Shown piece after piece: positions 48,399-57,627 of a stretch of 64,000 nucleotides of DNA. The stretch is taken from positions 4,992,001 to 5,056,000 of the forward strand of contig OZ240248.1 of the NCBI GenBank assembly GCA_965198235.1, written 5' to 3'. Below the pieces are notes generated by a model. It did no database searches, was not told the DNA's origin, and was given only the letters and a program-made list of their open reading frames with translations. The position numbers were made by a program, and so were the translations under genes. The stretch comes from Candidatus Poribacteria bacterium. Lineage in GTDB: Bacteria > Poribacteria > WGA-4E > WGA-3G. Every line of letters starts with the position of its first letter. Within the stretch, counting starts at the first letter, position 1.

Positions 48399-48493
48399 GT
48401 TAACTATAAATCGTTCCAGATTCAGGGCAGTGAATGCCTTTTGCTTCCAATTGTCAAAATTTATTCCCAGATTTTCATTTTTTTTCAGAATTA

Positions 48494-48522
48494 GGCAACC
48501 GTTTTTCCGATCCTCCGCGTCA
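48494..48522 (+). promoter_or_regulatory. Candidate ECF sigma promoter, copy 2
   Basis: GAATTA-GGCAAC-N18-CGTCA-CTATAT. Confidence 0.7.
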
Positions 48523-48594
48523 CTATATATCAACACGATATTTGTGTGACAAATTTTGGAAGATTCAAATGACTCCATAGGAGGAAGCGAAAAC

Positions 48595-49416
48595 ATGTTA
48601 CGGACATTTACTGCTGCTTTTTCGAGTGTCATTATGCTATTGCTGGCAGCTTCTGCCAACGCGGGTTTGGATGAAGATCTCGTTTTTTATCTGACCTTTG
48701 ATAACGTTAAAAATCAGACGATTATTGATGAATCTGGCAATGGTCTTGATGCAGAAATACTTGAGCATGTCGAGATTGTCAAGGGTAAATATGGAGATGC
48801 AATCCGTCTTAAAGGTCAAAGCGGGGATTGCGTTAATATCCCTGCTCAAGAGAAATTGAAAGTTATAGGCGAGATAACAATGATGGCATGGATTTATTCT
48901 CCAGAAACATGGAACAACGAGAAGATGCATTGGCTGGAAAAAGATTGTCATTTCGTTGTTCCGATTGGTTGGGCGCACTGTTACGGTATCGCTGGTGTTG
49001 ATGTCGGTAACGGACCAGAAATCTTTTTGTTTTTGGGATCACAGGTAGAGGGGAAATGGGACCGGCAGGAGTTCAGAACTCCACATAAAATGGGCGAAAA
49101 AAAATGGCATCACGTTGTCGGAAGTTACGATGGCGAAACCATGAAAATCTATGTGGATGGTACAGTCATAGGGGAAGAAAAGAAAAAATTCAATTTCTTT
49201 GGAGACAATGACGCGGACGTTCGGATCGGATGTGCAAAAGATGTCCCCCACCTTACATTCACAAACGGCTCTATTGATGAAGCTGCGGTCTGGCAACGAG
49301 CACTGAGTGATGATGAAATTAAACAAGCCATGACAGGGAACTTTCTCGCTGTTTCGCCGAGCGATAAAGTGGCGACGACTTGGGCGGATATGAAAAGAAG
49401 AGCAGTCGTTCCTTAA
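48595..49416 (+). CDS. Secreted LamG-like protein
   Basis: LVFYLTFD, WHHVVGSYDG, GSIDEAAVWQRAL; tail VSPSDKVATTWADMK. Confidence 0.85.
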   Translation: MLRTFTAAFSSVIMLLLAASANAGLDEDLVFYLTFDNVKNQTIIDESGNGLDAEILEHVEIVKGKYGDAIRLKGQSGDCVNIPAQEKLKVIGEITMMAWIYSPETWNNEKMHWLEKDCHFVVPIGWAHCYGIAGVDVGNGPEIFLFLGSQVEGKWDRQEFRTPHKMGEKKWHHVVGSYDGETMKIYVDGTVIGEEKKKFNFFGDNDADVRIGCAKDVPHLTFTNGSIDEAAVWQRALSDDEIKQAMTGNFLAVSPSDKVATTWADMKRRAVVP

Positions 49417-49459
49417 CGGCTACCTGCAAAGTCAGAATTTCCCCATAAAGGAATGTAGG

Positions 49460-50482
49460 ATGAAAACAATACGGTTGTTAGTTTTTGCCATATTGAACAT
49501 ATTGATGCTGAACGTAAGCGTTTGCCTCGCTTTCGCAACAGCACCCACAACCGCCAAAATTCTGTTCACCTCTTCACGGGACGGCAATTATGAGGTCTAC
49601 ATCATGAATCCGGACGGTAGTGAACAGGTGAATTTAACACAACATCGCGCAAATGATTTTCAAGCCGTATGGTCCCCCACTGGGGAGCAGATTCTTTTTG
49701 TCTCCGATCGCGATGGCGGCATCCGAGACTTGTATCTGATGGACCCCAGTGGATCCAATGTCCGACGCGTTTTCACGAGGAAACGAAAGTCTTATAGGGA
49801 TTCTCCGACGTGGGCACCCGATGGCAACCAGATTGCTTACGTACACCTGAATTGGAACGGTGTCAGGTTCCATATCTACGTTGCAATCTTGGGTAAACAA
49901 AAAGAGGAACACCTCGTTGAGGGTAGACGTCCGACGTGGTCACCCGATGGAACGAAAATAGCATATATGTCTTATATTGTAGATACCTGCCGAATTGCTC
50001 TTATTGACCCCCACACACGAAGGCAAAAACACCTCCTATCGAGGAAAGCAACGCCTTGGCAAAATCATCCATTTTGGTCGGCTACGGGGAGCAAACTCGC
50101 TTTTTCTTGGAATAAGAATCCGTTACCGCGCCTTTTGCCGGGTGATCGTTTCCCATCCGTATGGCTGGATAAGGAGACAATCTATATTGTGAACAGCGAC
50201 GGGACCGATCTCCGAGAACTTCTGGATGAAGCTGGGCCCAGAGCACAGTATCCAGTGTTGTCGCCAGACGGGAAAGAGGTACTTTATACACAAGAAATTA
50301 AGGGTCGCCTACAAATTTTCAAACTTGATGTACACAGTGCCACTCGGGCACAGTTGACAAATATCGGGCGAGTCTTTGAGGCGAATTTCGGAGGGGATTG
50401 GTTCGATCCTGTGTATTCGTTGCCTGTTTCGCCACAATCGCGACTGCTAAGCACAGTATGGGGAAAAGTAAAAAAGAAATAG
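49460..50482 (+). CDS. Secreted TolB-like PD40 beta-propeller
   Basis: WSPTG/WAPDG/WSPDG repeats; paralog of 47358; tail VSPQSRLLSTVWGKVK. Confidence 0.88.
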   Translation: MKTIRLLVFAILNILMLNVSVCLAFATAPTTAKILFTSSRDGNYEVYIMNPDGSEQVNLTQHRANDFQAVWSPTGEQILFVSDRDGGIRDLYLMDPSGSNVRRVFTRKRKSYRDSPTWAPDGNQIAYVHLNWNGVRFHIYVAILGKQKEEHLVEGRRPTWSPDGTKIAYMSYIVDTCRIALIDPHTRRQKHLLSRKATPWQNHPFWSATGSKLAFSWNKNPLPRLLPGDRFPSVWLDKETIYIVNSDGTDLRELLDEAGPRAQYPVLSPDGKEVLYTQEIKGRLQIFKLDVHSATRAQLTNIGRVFEANFGGDWFDPVYSLPVSPQSRLLSTVWGKVKKK

Positions 50483-50568
50483 TGTCATAGGTAGAATCAC
50501 CATGAAACTGCTGTGTTATGCACGTTTTCCGCTTTGTGTATCATATTTTCTTTATGTTTGCAGAATTA

Positions 50569-50597
50569 GGCAACCGTTTTGTCTGTCTCCCGCGTCA
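50569..50597 (+). promoter_or_regulatory. Candidate ECF sigma promoter, copy 3
   Basis: GAATTA-GGCAAC-N18-CGTCA-TTATAT. Confidence 0.7.
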
Positions 50598-50669
50598 TTA
50601 TATATCGATACGATAGCTGTGTGACAAATTTTAGAAAGTTCAAATGACTCTATAGGAGGAACAGAAAAC

Positions 50670-51491
50670 ATGTTACGGACATTTATTGCTGCTTTTTCGA
50701 GTGTCGTTATACTGTTGTTGGCAGCTCCTGCCAACGCAGGTTTGAATGAGAAACTCGTTTTTTATCTGACGTTTGATAATGTTAAAGATCAGACAGTTGT
50801 TGACGAATCTGGGAATGGTCAGGACGCAGAGATACTTGAGAACACCGAGATTGTCAGGGGCAAATATGGGAATGCCATTCATATTACAGATGATGGTCAG
50901 GATTGCGTCAGTATTCCTTCTCAGGAAAAACTGAAAATTACAAGCGAAATAACAATGATGACCTGGATTTATTATCAAGAAACATGGAAAGGCAAAAGGA
51001 TGTTGCATTGGCTTGATAAAGGCTGCCATTCGGGAGACGGTTGGGCTGGAACTTACGGTATCGGCAGTTCCGATATCGGTAACGGACCAGAGATTGTGTT
51101 GTTTTTCGGGTCGCGGGAGAAACAGGGGATTACGGACCGGCATGAATTCGCAGTTCTACACAAAATGGGTGTTCAAAAATGGCATCATGTTGCTGGGAGC
51201 TACGATGGGAAAACCATGAAAATTTATTTAGATGGTAAAGTCATAGGTGCGGAAAAGAAGAATTTCAATCTCTTTGGTGGTAATAACGTGAACCTCAGGA
51301 TCGGATGCGCAAAAAACAGCCCGCAGTATGCATTTGCCAACGGTTCTATTGACGAAGCCGCAGTCTGGCAACGAGCATTGAGTGATGATGAAATCAAGCA
51401 GGCGATGGTAGGGGACTTCCTCGCTGTTTCACCGAGTGATAAAGTTGCAACGACTTGGGCGGATGTGAAAAAGAGGATGATAGCCCGTTAG
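50670..51491 (+). CDS. Secreted LamG-like protein, paralog of 48595
   Basis: High similarity including the 5' UTR; tail VSPSDKVATTWADVK. Confidence 0.85.
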   Translation: MLRTFIAAFSSVVILLLAAPANAGLNEKLVFYLTFDNVKDQTVVDESGNGQDAEILENTEIVRGKYGNAIHITDDGQDCVSIPSQEKLKITSEITMMTWIYYQETWKGKRMLHWLDKGCHSGDGWAGTYGIGSSDIGNGPEIVLFFGSREKQGITDRHEFAVLHKMGVQKWHHVAGSYDGKTMKIYLDGKVIGAEKKNFNLFGGNNVNLRIGCAKNSPQYAFANGSIDEAAVWQRALSDDEIKQAMVGDFLAVSPSDKVATTWADVKKRMIAR

Positions 51492-51610
51492 CGGGTTTCT
51501 GGAAAGTGAGAATGCTATCACCCTTATTGATGCTTCAAAATCCTGTAAGTGATAATGAAGCGGAATATTTAAGCATTGTTATTTAAGGTATGTGCACCTT
51601 TGCAGAATTA

Positions 51611-51639
51611 GGCAACCGTTTTGTTTGTTCCCCGCGTCA
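51611..51639 (+). promoter_or_regulatory. Candidate ECF sigma promoter, copy 4
   Basis: GAATTA-GGCAAC-N18-CGTCA-CTATAT; downstream GAATCTACGCGAA shared with copy 1. Confidence 0.7.
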
Positions 51640-52066
51640 CTATATATCGAGATTAGAATCTACGCGAAGAACAACTTTTTGTATAAGTGTTGTTTGCGTA
51701 GAATGTTCTTGTTAATTGCTATAACGTGAGTTCAATATGAGAAATTGGTTCACTATATAGGTCGTGTTGAACAAAAAGGGACATAACACCCAAGATGCAT
51801 ATTTTGCTCCGTAGGAGCAACATGTCTATAGCAGTCGTCCGACACGACGTTTCCGCGCCGTAGGTGCGGTATGTAGTATCACCAGAGATAGCTCCGCTGG
51901 GAGTGCGAGTACTTGGGCATCGGGTTTTCTATTCTCACTGCGAAGCAATAGTACTGCTCTGGAGCGATGGAATTTGTCCGTCACCTGCTTGGAATAGGCG
52001 TGATATATCCTGTCGAATCTTTCTAATCTTTATGTCAACTCCACGTTACTATAAGGAGATTTGAAG

Positions 52067-53746
52067 ATGAAAATCTTAACCGTTGGGTTTCTTATTCTGG
52101 TAATGATGAGTGGAGTGCTGAATGCCGATAACCACTCAACAACTCACAACAAAATTACACTGAACCTTGACGGGACCCCAGAAGTATCTGTCAAAGGCTT
52201 CATTGCTCCGATTGAATATACACAATACAATTTCCATGTGGAGTGGGATGAACTGGCAAATCTGCGGGTTGCTGAGCCGGAGAAGCGGTATTCTGCATCG
52301 GTTTTCCATGCCTTTCTGCCCTCCGAAGCGGTTTCTGTAGGCGATCTCTGGCAGATTGAGGAAGAGGGGGTGCTAGAATTACTAAGGCAACTGAACCCCA
52401 ATCCGAGGCTGGACCTGGACATCAATATGGGAGATTCCCGTGGACTGTGGGCATGTCTGCGCGCCTACAATGATGAATTTGCTAAGATTGTGTTCCGCAT
52501 CCATGCAGAATTCGTCTTAAACGATGGTCGGTTCACTCCATCTCAGTTTACAGGACATCTTGTTATTGATCGAATTAGAGAGAGGATTGCCTCCTTCAAG
52601 ATGTATGTTCCTGAAGGTGTACTGAATTTTGATGTCGGGCGAAACAGTATCGGAGCTATAGATGTCGGTTTTTGCCCGCAAATGGAACTCCGTGCTAAGG
52701 CACCAGAAGTGGTATCGGACATCAAGTTTGCGGAGTCCATCACCCAAGAAGCGGCTGAGCGGGTGCTGATACTGCGTTTCTACAGATCGCAACAAATCAA
52801 CTGGGTGTCTCTGGAAGAAGCGTTAGAGACGGCACCGGCGCAACGAAAACCTGTTCATGTTGTTTCGATAGATGGACCGCTTGCGGATGAGTCGTGCTGA
52901 GGGAGTGGCAAAACTCTGAGGGCAGTTGTCCTCTCTGACGATAAAATTATAGAGTTCTTGAACGAAAACTTTGTTAACACATGGGTGCCGAATTCTGAAT
53001 TAGGGCGCGTCTCCAGTTTGCGGGAGCCGATTGACAAGAGACGCGAGCGCGAAGGTAAAACGTTTGACACAAGCCACGCCTTGGCACAAGCAATTATAAA
53101 GGGTTGGAAAGAGGGGTCGCCTGTGGATTGTCTGGTTATCTCGCCGGAGTTTGAAGTGATGGGTAGGCAACCTGTCAACGAAATCGGGTGGTCCAACGGA
53201 GTAGCATTTTACATGAATTTCCTCCAAGAGTCCTTAGAGGGGAAACTACCAGGGTTCGGTGAGGCCGCCTCGAAACCTTTACCGAAACCTAGTTCAGAGT
53301 CTTACTCTGGATTAGGTGCTGTTGTGCCAGAGGATTTAAAAGTTATACTCACCCGTGAAAAGCCCCAGCAGGAAGTTCTCAGCATTTTCCGGACACCAGA
53401 ATCCGGCTATCAAGATTATACTGTCGTTGAAATTGATACGACAGCGTTTAAAGGCGGCGGTATGCTTACTATTGATATCTTAGTAGGAAGTGCTGAATCC
53501 AAAGGCTCGTTCGATCTTTATGATGGTGACACTGAACTTCCAACACAAGGTATGCCTCGCGGCGCGCTTACCTCTGCGTGGGATGTTCCTCCCGGTAAAA
53601 GAGGAACAATCAAGTATCGTTTTGACCGGGGTAAAGTTTTTAAGTTAGGAGCTACAGGCAGTTGGTTCAGTAAGGAAGGGAACATCAACGCTTTTCTCGC
53701 TACAATTTCTGTAGCCCCTATGGCGAAAGAAAGTAACGAACATTAA
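52067..53746 (+). CDS. Selenoprotein N-like protein 2, secreted, Sec at TGA 52898-52900 (~559 aa)
   Basis: ORFs 52061-52900 and 52958-53746 are in frame; read-through gives GPLADESC-U-GSGKTLRAVVLSDDKIIEFLNENFVNTW; signal peptide MKILTVGFLILVMMSGVLNA. Confidence 0.85.
52918..52933 (+). promoter_or_regulatory. Candidate bacterial SECIS element
   Basis: GAGGGC-AGTT-GTCCTC hairpin with GU in the loop, 17 nt after TGA (same offset as copy 1). Confidence 0.7.
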
Positions 53747-53842
53747 CGCCACTTCCATGCTAATGTGTCTCCCAAAAAAGTCTGCCCAGCATGGAATATT
53801 ATTATAGCGTCTAATGAAGTTATCCCGTTCTGGAGGTAACGA

Positions 53843-55171
53843 ATGAAAAACGACGATGTCGAATTAATTCAAGGCAGTCTTATAGGCGATGAAAAAGCCT
53901 TTGCGAAGTTGGTGAGAAAATACCAGAAGCAGGTTCACGCACTCGCGTGGCGGAAAGTAGGCGATTTCCACATCGCTGAAGAGATTACGCAGGATACCTT
54001 TTTAAGGGTTTATAAGAAACTGGCAACGCTGAAGGATCCGCATCGTTTTGCAGGATGGCTTTATAGAATCGCTGCACGCCAATGCCATGCCTGGCTCAGA
54101 AAGAAACGGATGCAAACGCAATCGCTTGAAGACACAGACATCGAACTGATAGAGGGAGGGACGTATTCTCAATACATTGCCGAGGAGCAGGAGAAAGCTG
54201 CGGTAGATGCGCAACGCGATATTGTCCAAAGGTTACTCGCTCGGCTGCAGGAAAGTGAACGCACTGTCGTCACACTCCACTACTTCGGGGAGATGACCTG
54301 TGAAGAGATTAGCCGATTTTTGGGTGTATCAGAGAGTACCGTTAAGAGTCGGCTCCGCCGTGCGCGGCACCGCTTAAAGAAGGCGGAACCCATGATCCGA
54401 GAGGCACTGGAAGGCTTCCAAGTTAGGGCGAATCTCACCGAGAATATCATGCAAGAAATTGCCCGTATCAAACCTACTCCACCGCCCAGTGGTAAACCGT
54501 TTGTGCCGTGGACAATTGCCGCCTCAACCCTTGTTCTCGTTGTGATGGCACTTGGAGCAAGTAGTCAGTACTTAACACGTTTCCAACAACCTTACAATTT
54601 TGATGCCACATCCGAAATGACAGTAGAACTCATTGACACGCCTATGGTTCTGAATCTCGCATCGAAACCGGATGTGCGGACCCAAGCCGGTAAATCTGTG
54701 ACACCGAGTAAAGGCGACGGACATACCCCGAGCACAAATCAATCAGAATATGTGCCGAGATTTCTTTCTGCCCAAGCAAAGAACGTCGTGCTTGATAATA
54801 AACAGCCTTCGCAGGATGTTTTGAGCATTTTCCAAACACCGGCGGCGGGCTATCAAGACTACACTGTCATTGAGATTGATACGACGGCATTTAAAGATGG
54901 CGGCACGGTCACTATCGACCTTTGGATTGGGAGCGCAGAGGCTGCTGGTGCTTTCATTCTGTTTACAAGCGACAGCGAAATCCCCACAGACAGTATGCCT
55001 AAGGTTATACTCACCTCAGCATCAGGAATCATACCCGGTAAATCAGGGCGGATCACGCACCGTTTTGACGAAGGCACACGCTTTAAGTTAGGAGCTACCG
55101 GTAATTCGTTCAGTGGGGAAGGGAAGGTCAATTCCTTTCTCGCAAAAATCTCTATAGACGCTACGTTGTGA
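53843..55171 (+). CDS. ECF sigma-70 factor fused to a TM helix and an extracytoplasmic domain
   Basis: Region 2 (AEEITQDTF, FAGWLYRIA), region 4 (EEISRFLGVSESTVKSRLRRAR), TM WTIAASTLVLVVMALGA; C-terminal domain shared with both SelN-like proteins. Confidence 0.9.
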   Translation: MKNDDVELIQGSLIGDEKAFAKLVRKYQKQVHALAWRKVGDFHIAEEITQDTFLRVYKKLATLKDPHRFAGWLYRIAARQCHAWLRKKRMQTQSLEDTDIELIEGGTYSQYIAEEQEKAAVDAQRDIVQRLLARLQESERTVVTLHYFGEMTCEEISRFLGVSESTVKSRLRRARHRLKKAEPMIREALEGFQVRANLTENIMQEIARIKPTPPPSGKPFVPWTIAASTLVLVVMALGASSQYLTRFQQPYNFDATSEMTVELIDTPMVLNLASKPDVRTQAGKSVTPSKGDGHTPSTNQSEYVPRFLSAQAKNVVLDNKQPSQDVLSIFQTPAAGYQDYTVIEIDTTAFKDGGTVTIDLWIGSAEAAGAFILFTSDSEIPTDSMPKVILTSASGIIPGKSGRITHRFDEGTRFKLGATGNSFSGEGKVNSFLAKISIDATL

Positions 55172-55509
55172 TAATCTTAATCCGCGAACTTGTATTGAAA
55201 CTTTCGCAACTCCTGCCTAATCGCTGTATTTCTCGTTCTGCCGTTTTCTCTCCACTTATTTGACAAAAGGTAAACCCTCCAGCTCGTCCTACGTTTTAAC
55301 TTTCCAATATACCGCCAGTAGAATCATTTGTACACTTTGAATCGCAGGAAATCTATGAGGAAATCCCACGAACCTGTATGTATGAGTTGATTCATGGTAT
55401 AATTCTACCAATAAATTCGTTTGTCCAAATTTAATCTACATAGGACTTACACAAACACGGATGTCTGGGACTACAAGTGAGCCTGATTTTTACGTTTTTT
55501 CTGAACTTA

Positions 55510-55538
55510 TGCAACCCTTTCACCAGCAAATTGCGTCA
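55510..55538 (+). promoter_or_regulatory. Candidate ECF sigma promoter, copy 5
   Basis: GAACTTA-TGCAAC-N18-CGTCA-TT, followed by the tandem repeat TAACAATGAC x2 (55541-55560). Confidence 0.6.
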
Positions 55539-55647
55539 TTTAACAATGACTAACAATGACAAACGGTAGAATTTATCGGACAAACAGTGCAATAAACCGA
55601 AGAATGGGGACATAGTGCCAAAGTCCTACTCTCCTAAGGAGAAAGCA

Positions 55648-57492
55648 ATGTTAAAGAAATGTTTACCCTTATGCTTCACCGTGTCGATATTTCTGATAAT
55701 CCTTCTATTCGCCACTTTCAATGTGGTAGAAGCCCTACCAGATTCATCTAAGGTATCCGAATCGGCACCCGTAGATACACCTTCTCAAAAATCTGAAAGC
55801 GCACCAGTTCCTGTTCCAGACAACAGTGTTCTGAACCTAATTCCTGAAAAAGCATTAGGCGTTATCTACTGTCCGAGTCTGCTGGAATTGGATAACAGAA
55901 TTAACAAGATAGTAACTGAGCTCTCCCCTCAAATCGAGGTCCCCGATGTATCTATGCAGATTTTGAAGAGTATTTTCGGAGATGCGTTTGAAAGTTTAGC
56001 CGATTTTGAAGAAATTGGGTTGGATTTGAACCAAGATTTCGCGGTCTTCATTACCAGTTTGCAGCCACTGCATCTCTCGGCACTGGGGCATCTAACGGGT
56101 CCTAAGGCAATGAAACAGATAATTGAAGCCGAAGGCGGCACACCCTCGCAATATAAAGGCGTAACCTATTGGAGTGCCAGCGAAGGTAATAAGAGTTTTG
56201 CTATTTTGGAGAATATCCTCGTTTTTTCAACGCCTCGCGGGATTTGTGAGAACGTTATTGATACCTATAACGGAGCGGGGTATGCTATCACACAGAACCC
56301 AAATTACACCACTTTTCTTATAGATATTTTGGAGGGTGACGATCAAGTGGGGGTGTGCGTTGATGTTGAAGCCATTATTGCCACCTTCGATAGTCTGCCT
56401 GAAGAGGAATTGGAGTCAATAGTAAACGCTCTCCAAGATGGGGATCCGATATCCAAGTCAATTGCATCCTTCCTTGAAGATATACCTGGAGAGGAAATAG
56501 GAAGCATTGAGCAGTTCCGATCAATAAACGTCCGGCTGGAGGTAGAGGGAACCGGTGTGCAAATTAAGCCGTCCGTGAAATTCAGAAGCGATAGTGAATT
56601 TCTGAAAGTCTTGGAAGAAAGGTCTGGTGAATTAACTTTCCTCGACGAACTCCCAAATCGTGCAGCTATGAATGGTGCCGTTCAAGGTTGCCCACAGTTG
56701 CTGGTTGAGCTGAGTAGGTTCTGGTTAGATACTCTTCCCACGGTAACTCCAGAACAACAGGCGCAGCGGGATTTGCTCCTCAAACAGGTGAAAGATTTTC
56801 ATGAATCTCTTGCAGATCGATGGAGGGTTTCTTTCGGTTTTGAGGATACGCTTTTACCGACTTATCTGTTTATCTATGAACTGAAAGATGAACAGGCTGC
56901 CAGGGTCTATATGGATGAGGTGTTTCTGGAACATCTCAGCGATCAAGACGCTTATGCAGGTAAGTCGATCATGCACAACCGCGTTGAAATTAAAAGTTAC
57001 ATCTTTCCTGATCTCACAGAGGGGCTTCCAGAGGAATTGCCCGAAGAAATCTCTGGTTTGTTGCCCACCAAATGGCACTGGTATTATGCATTTACCGAAG
57101 GGCAGCTCCTTTTCGCAACGGGTACAGGTCCAGAATCAATTCAAATGGCACTTGATAGGAAAGCAGGAAACGAGGCGAAATTTTCTGAGCATCCGAGTTA
57201 TCAAAAACTCGTCGACATATTAGGGACTGACTCCAACATCTTCTGTGCGATATCTCCAGCCATCGCGGCTAAAAACTCTTTGCCGATGTTTGGGAAGATG
57301 GATCCGGACAATGCCGCGGTAATGCAAATACTGGCAGGGATATTCATGAGTCTCCCTGAGAACTATAGTATCGGTTTTTCCGCCAAAAGAACGGACAATA
57401 GCATTGATGCGAAACTGCTCATTGACCTTGGTGACTTCAAGCAGCTTATACAAATGATGGAAATGATGGCTCAAATGAGGCAGAGGCAATAG
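55648..57492 (+). CDS. Secreted acidic hypothetical protein (DUF3352-like architecture)
   Basis: AAGGAG RBS, signal peptide, Pro/Ser linker; family call is tentative. Confidence 0.65.
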   Translation: MLKKCLPLCFTVSIFLIILLFATFNVVEALPDSSKVSESAPVDTPSQKSESAPVPVPDNSVLNLIPEKALGVIYCPSLLELDNRINKIVTELSPQIEVPDVSMQILKSIFGDAFESLADFEEIGLDLNQDFAVFITSLQPLHLSALGHLTGPKAMKQIIEAEGGTPSQYKGVTYWSASEGNKSFAILENILVFSTPRGICENVIDTYNGAGYAITQNPNYTTFLIDILEGDDQVGVCVDVEAIIATFDSLPEEELESIVNALQDGDPISKSIASFLEDIPGEEIGSIEQFRSINVRLEVEGTGVQIKPSVKFRSDSEFLKVLEERSGELTFLDELPNRAAMNGAVQGCPQLLVELSRFWLDTLPTVTPEQQAQRDLLLKQVKDFHESLADRWRVSFGFEDTLLPTYLFIYELKDEQAARVYMDEVFLEHLSDQDAYAGKSIMHNRVEIKSYIFPDLTEGLPEELPEEISGLLPTKWHWYYAFTEGQLLFATGTGPESIQMALDRKAGNEAKFSEHPSYQKLVDILGTDSNIFCAISPAIAAKNSLPMFGKMDPDNAAVMQILAGIFMSLPENYSIGFSAKRTDNSIDAKLLIDLGDFKQLIQMMEMMAQMRQRQ

Positions 57493-57627
57493 GTTCGTTC
57501 TGATTCGGCTGACGATGTTACCCTGGGATTTACGCAGATTAGTGTTATACACTTTACTCTCGCTGGCGAGGTGTTTTTGCTGGGGTGTTTCTCTCGCCTA
57601 CCAGTAGAAGGAAATTTCGATTCCCGA

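Noticed and set aside
47195-51640. CRISPR array from the repeated GAATTAGGCAAC motif
   Set aside because: Copies are 1-2 kb apart and separated by genes; no repeat-spacer periodicity and no cas genes.
53784-53815. Sixth ECF promoter directly upstream of the sigma gene
   Set aside because: CGTCT is present at 53808, but there is no GCAAC at the 18-nt spacing.
55262-55300. c-di-GMP-I riboswitch (AAAGGTAAACC start)
   Set aside because: No GNRA tetraloop stem or second GCAAAGC/receptor stem follows.
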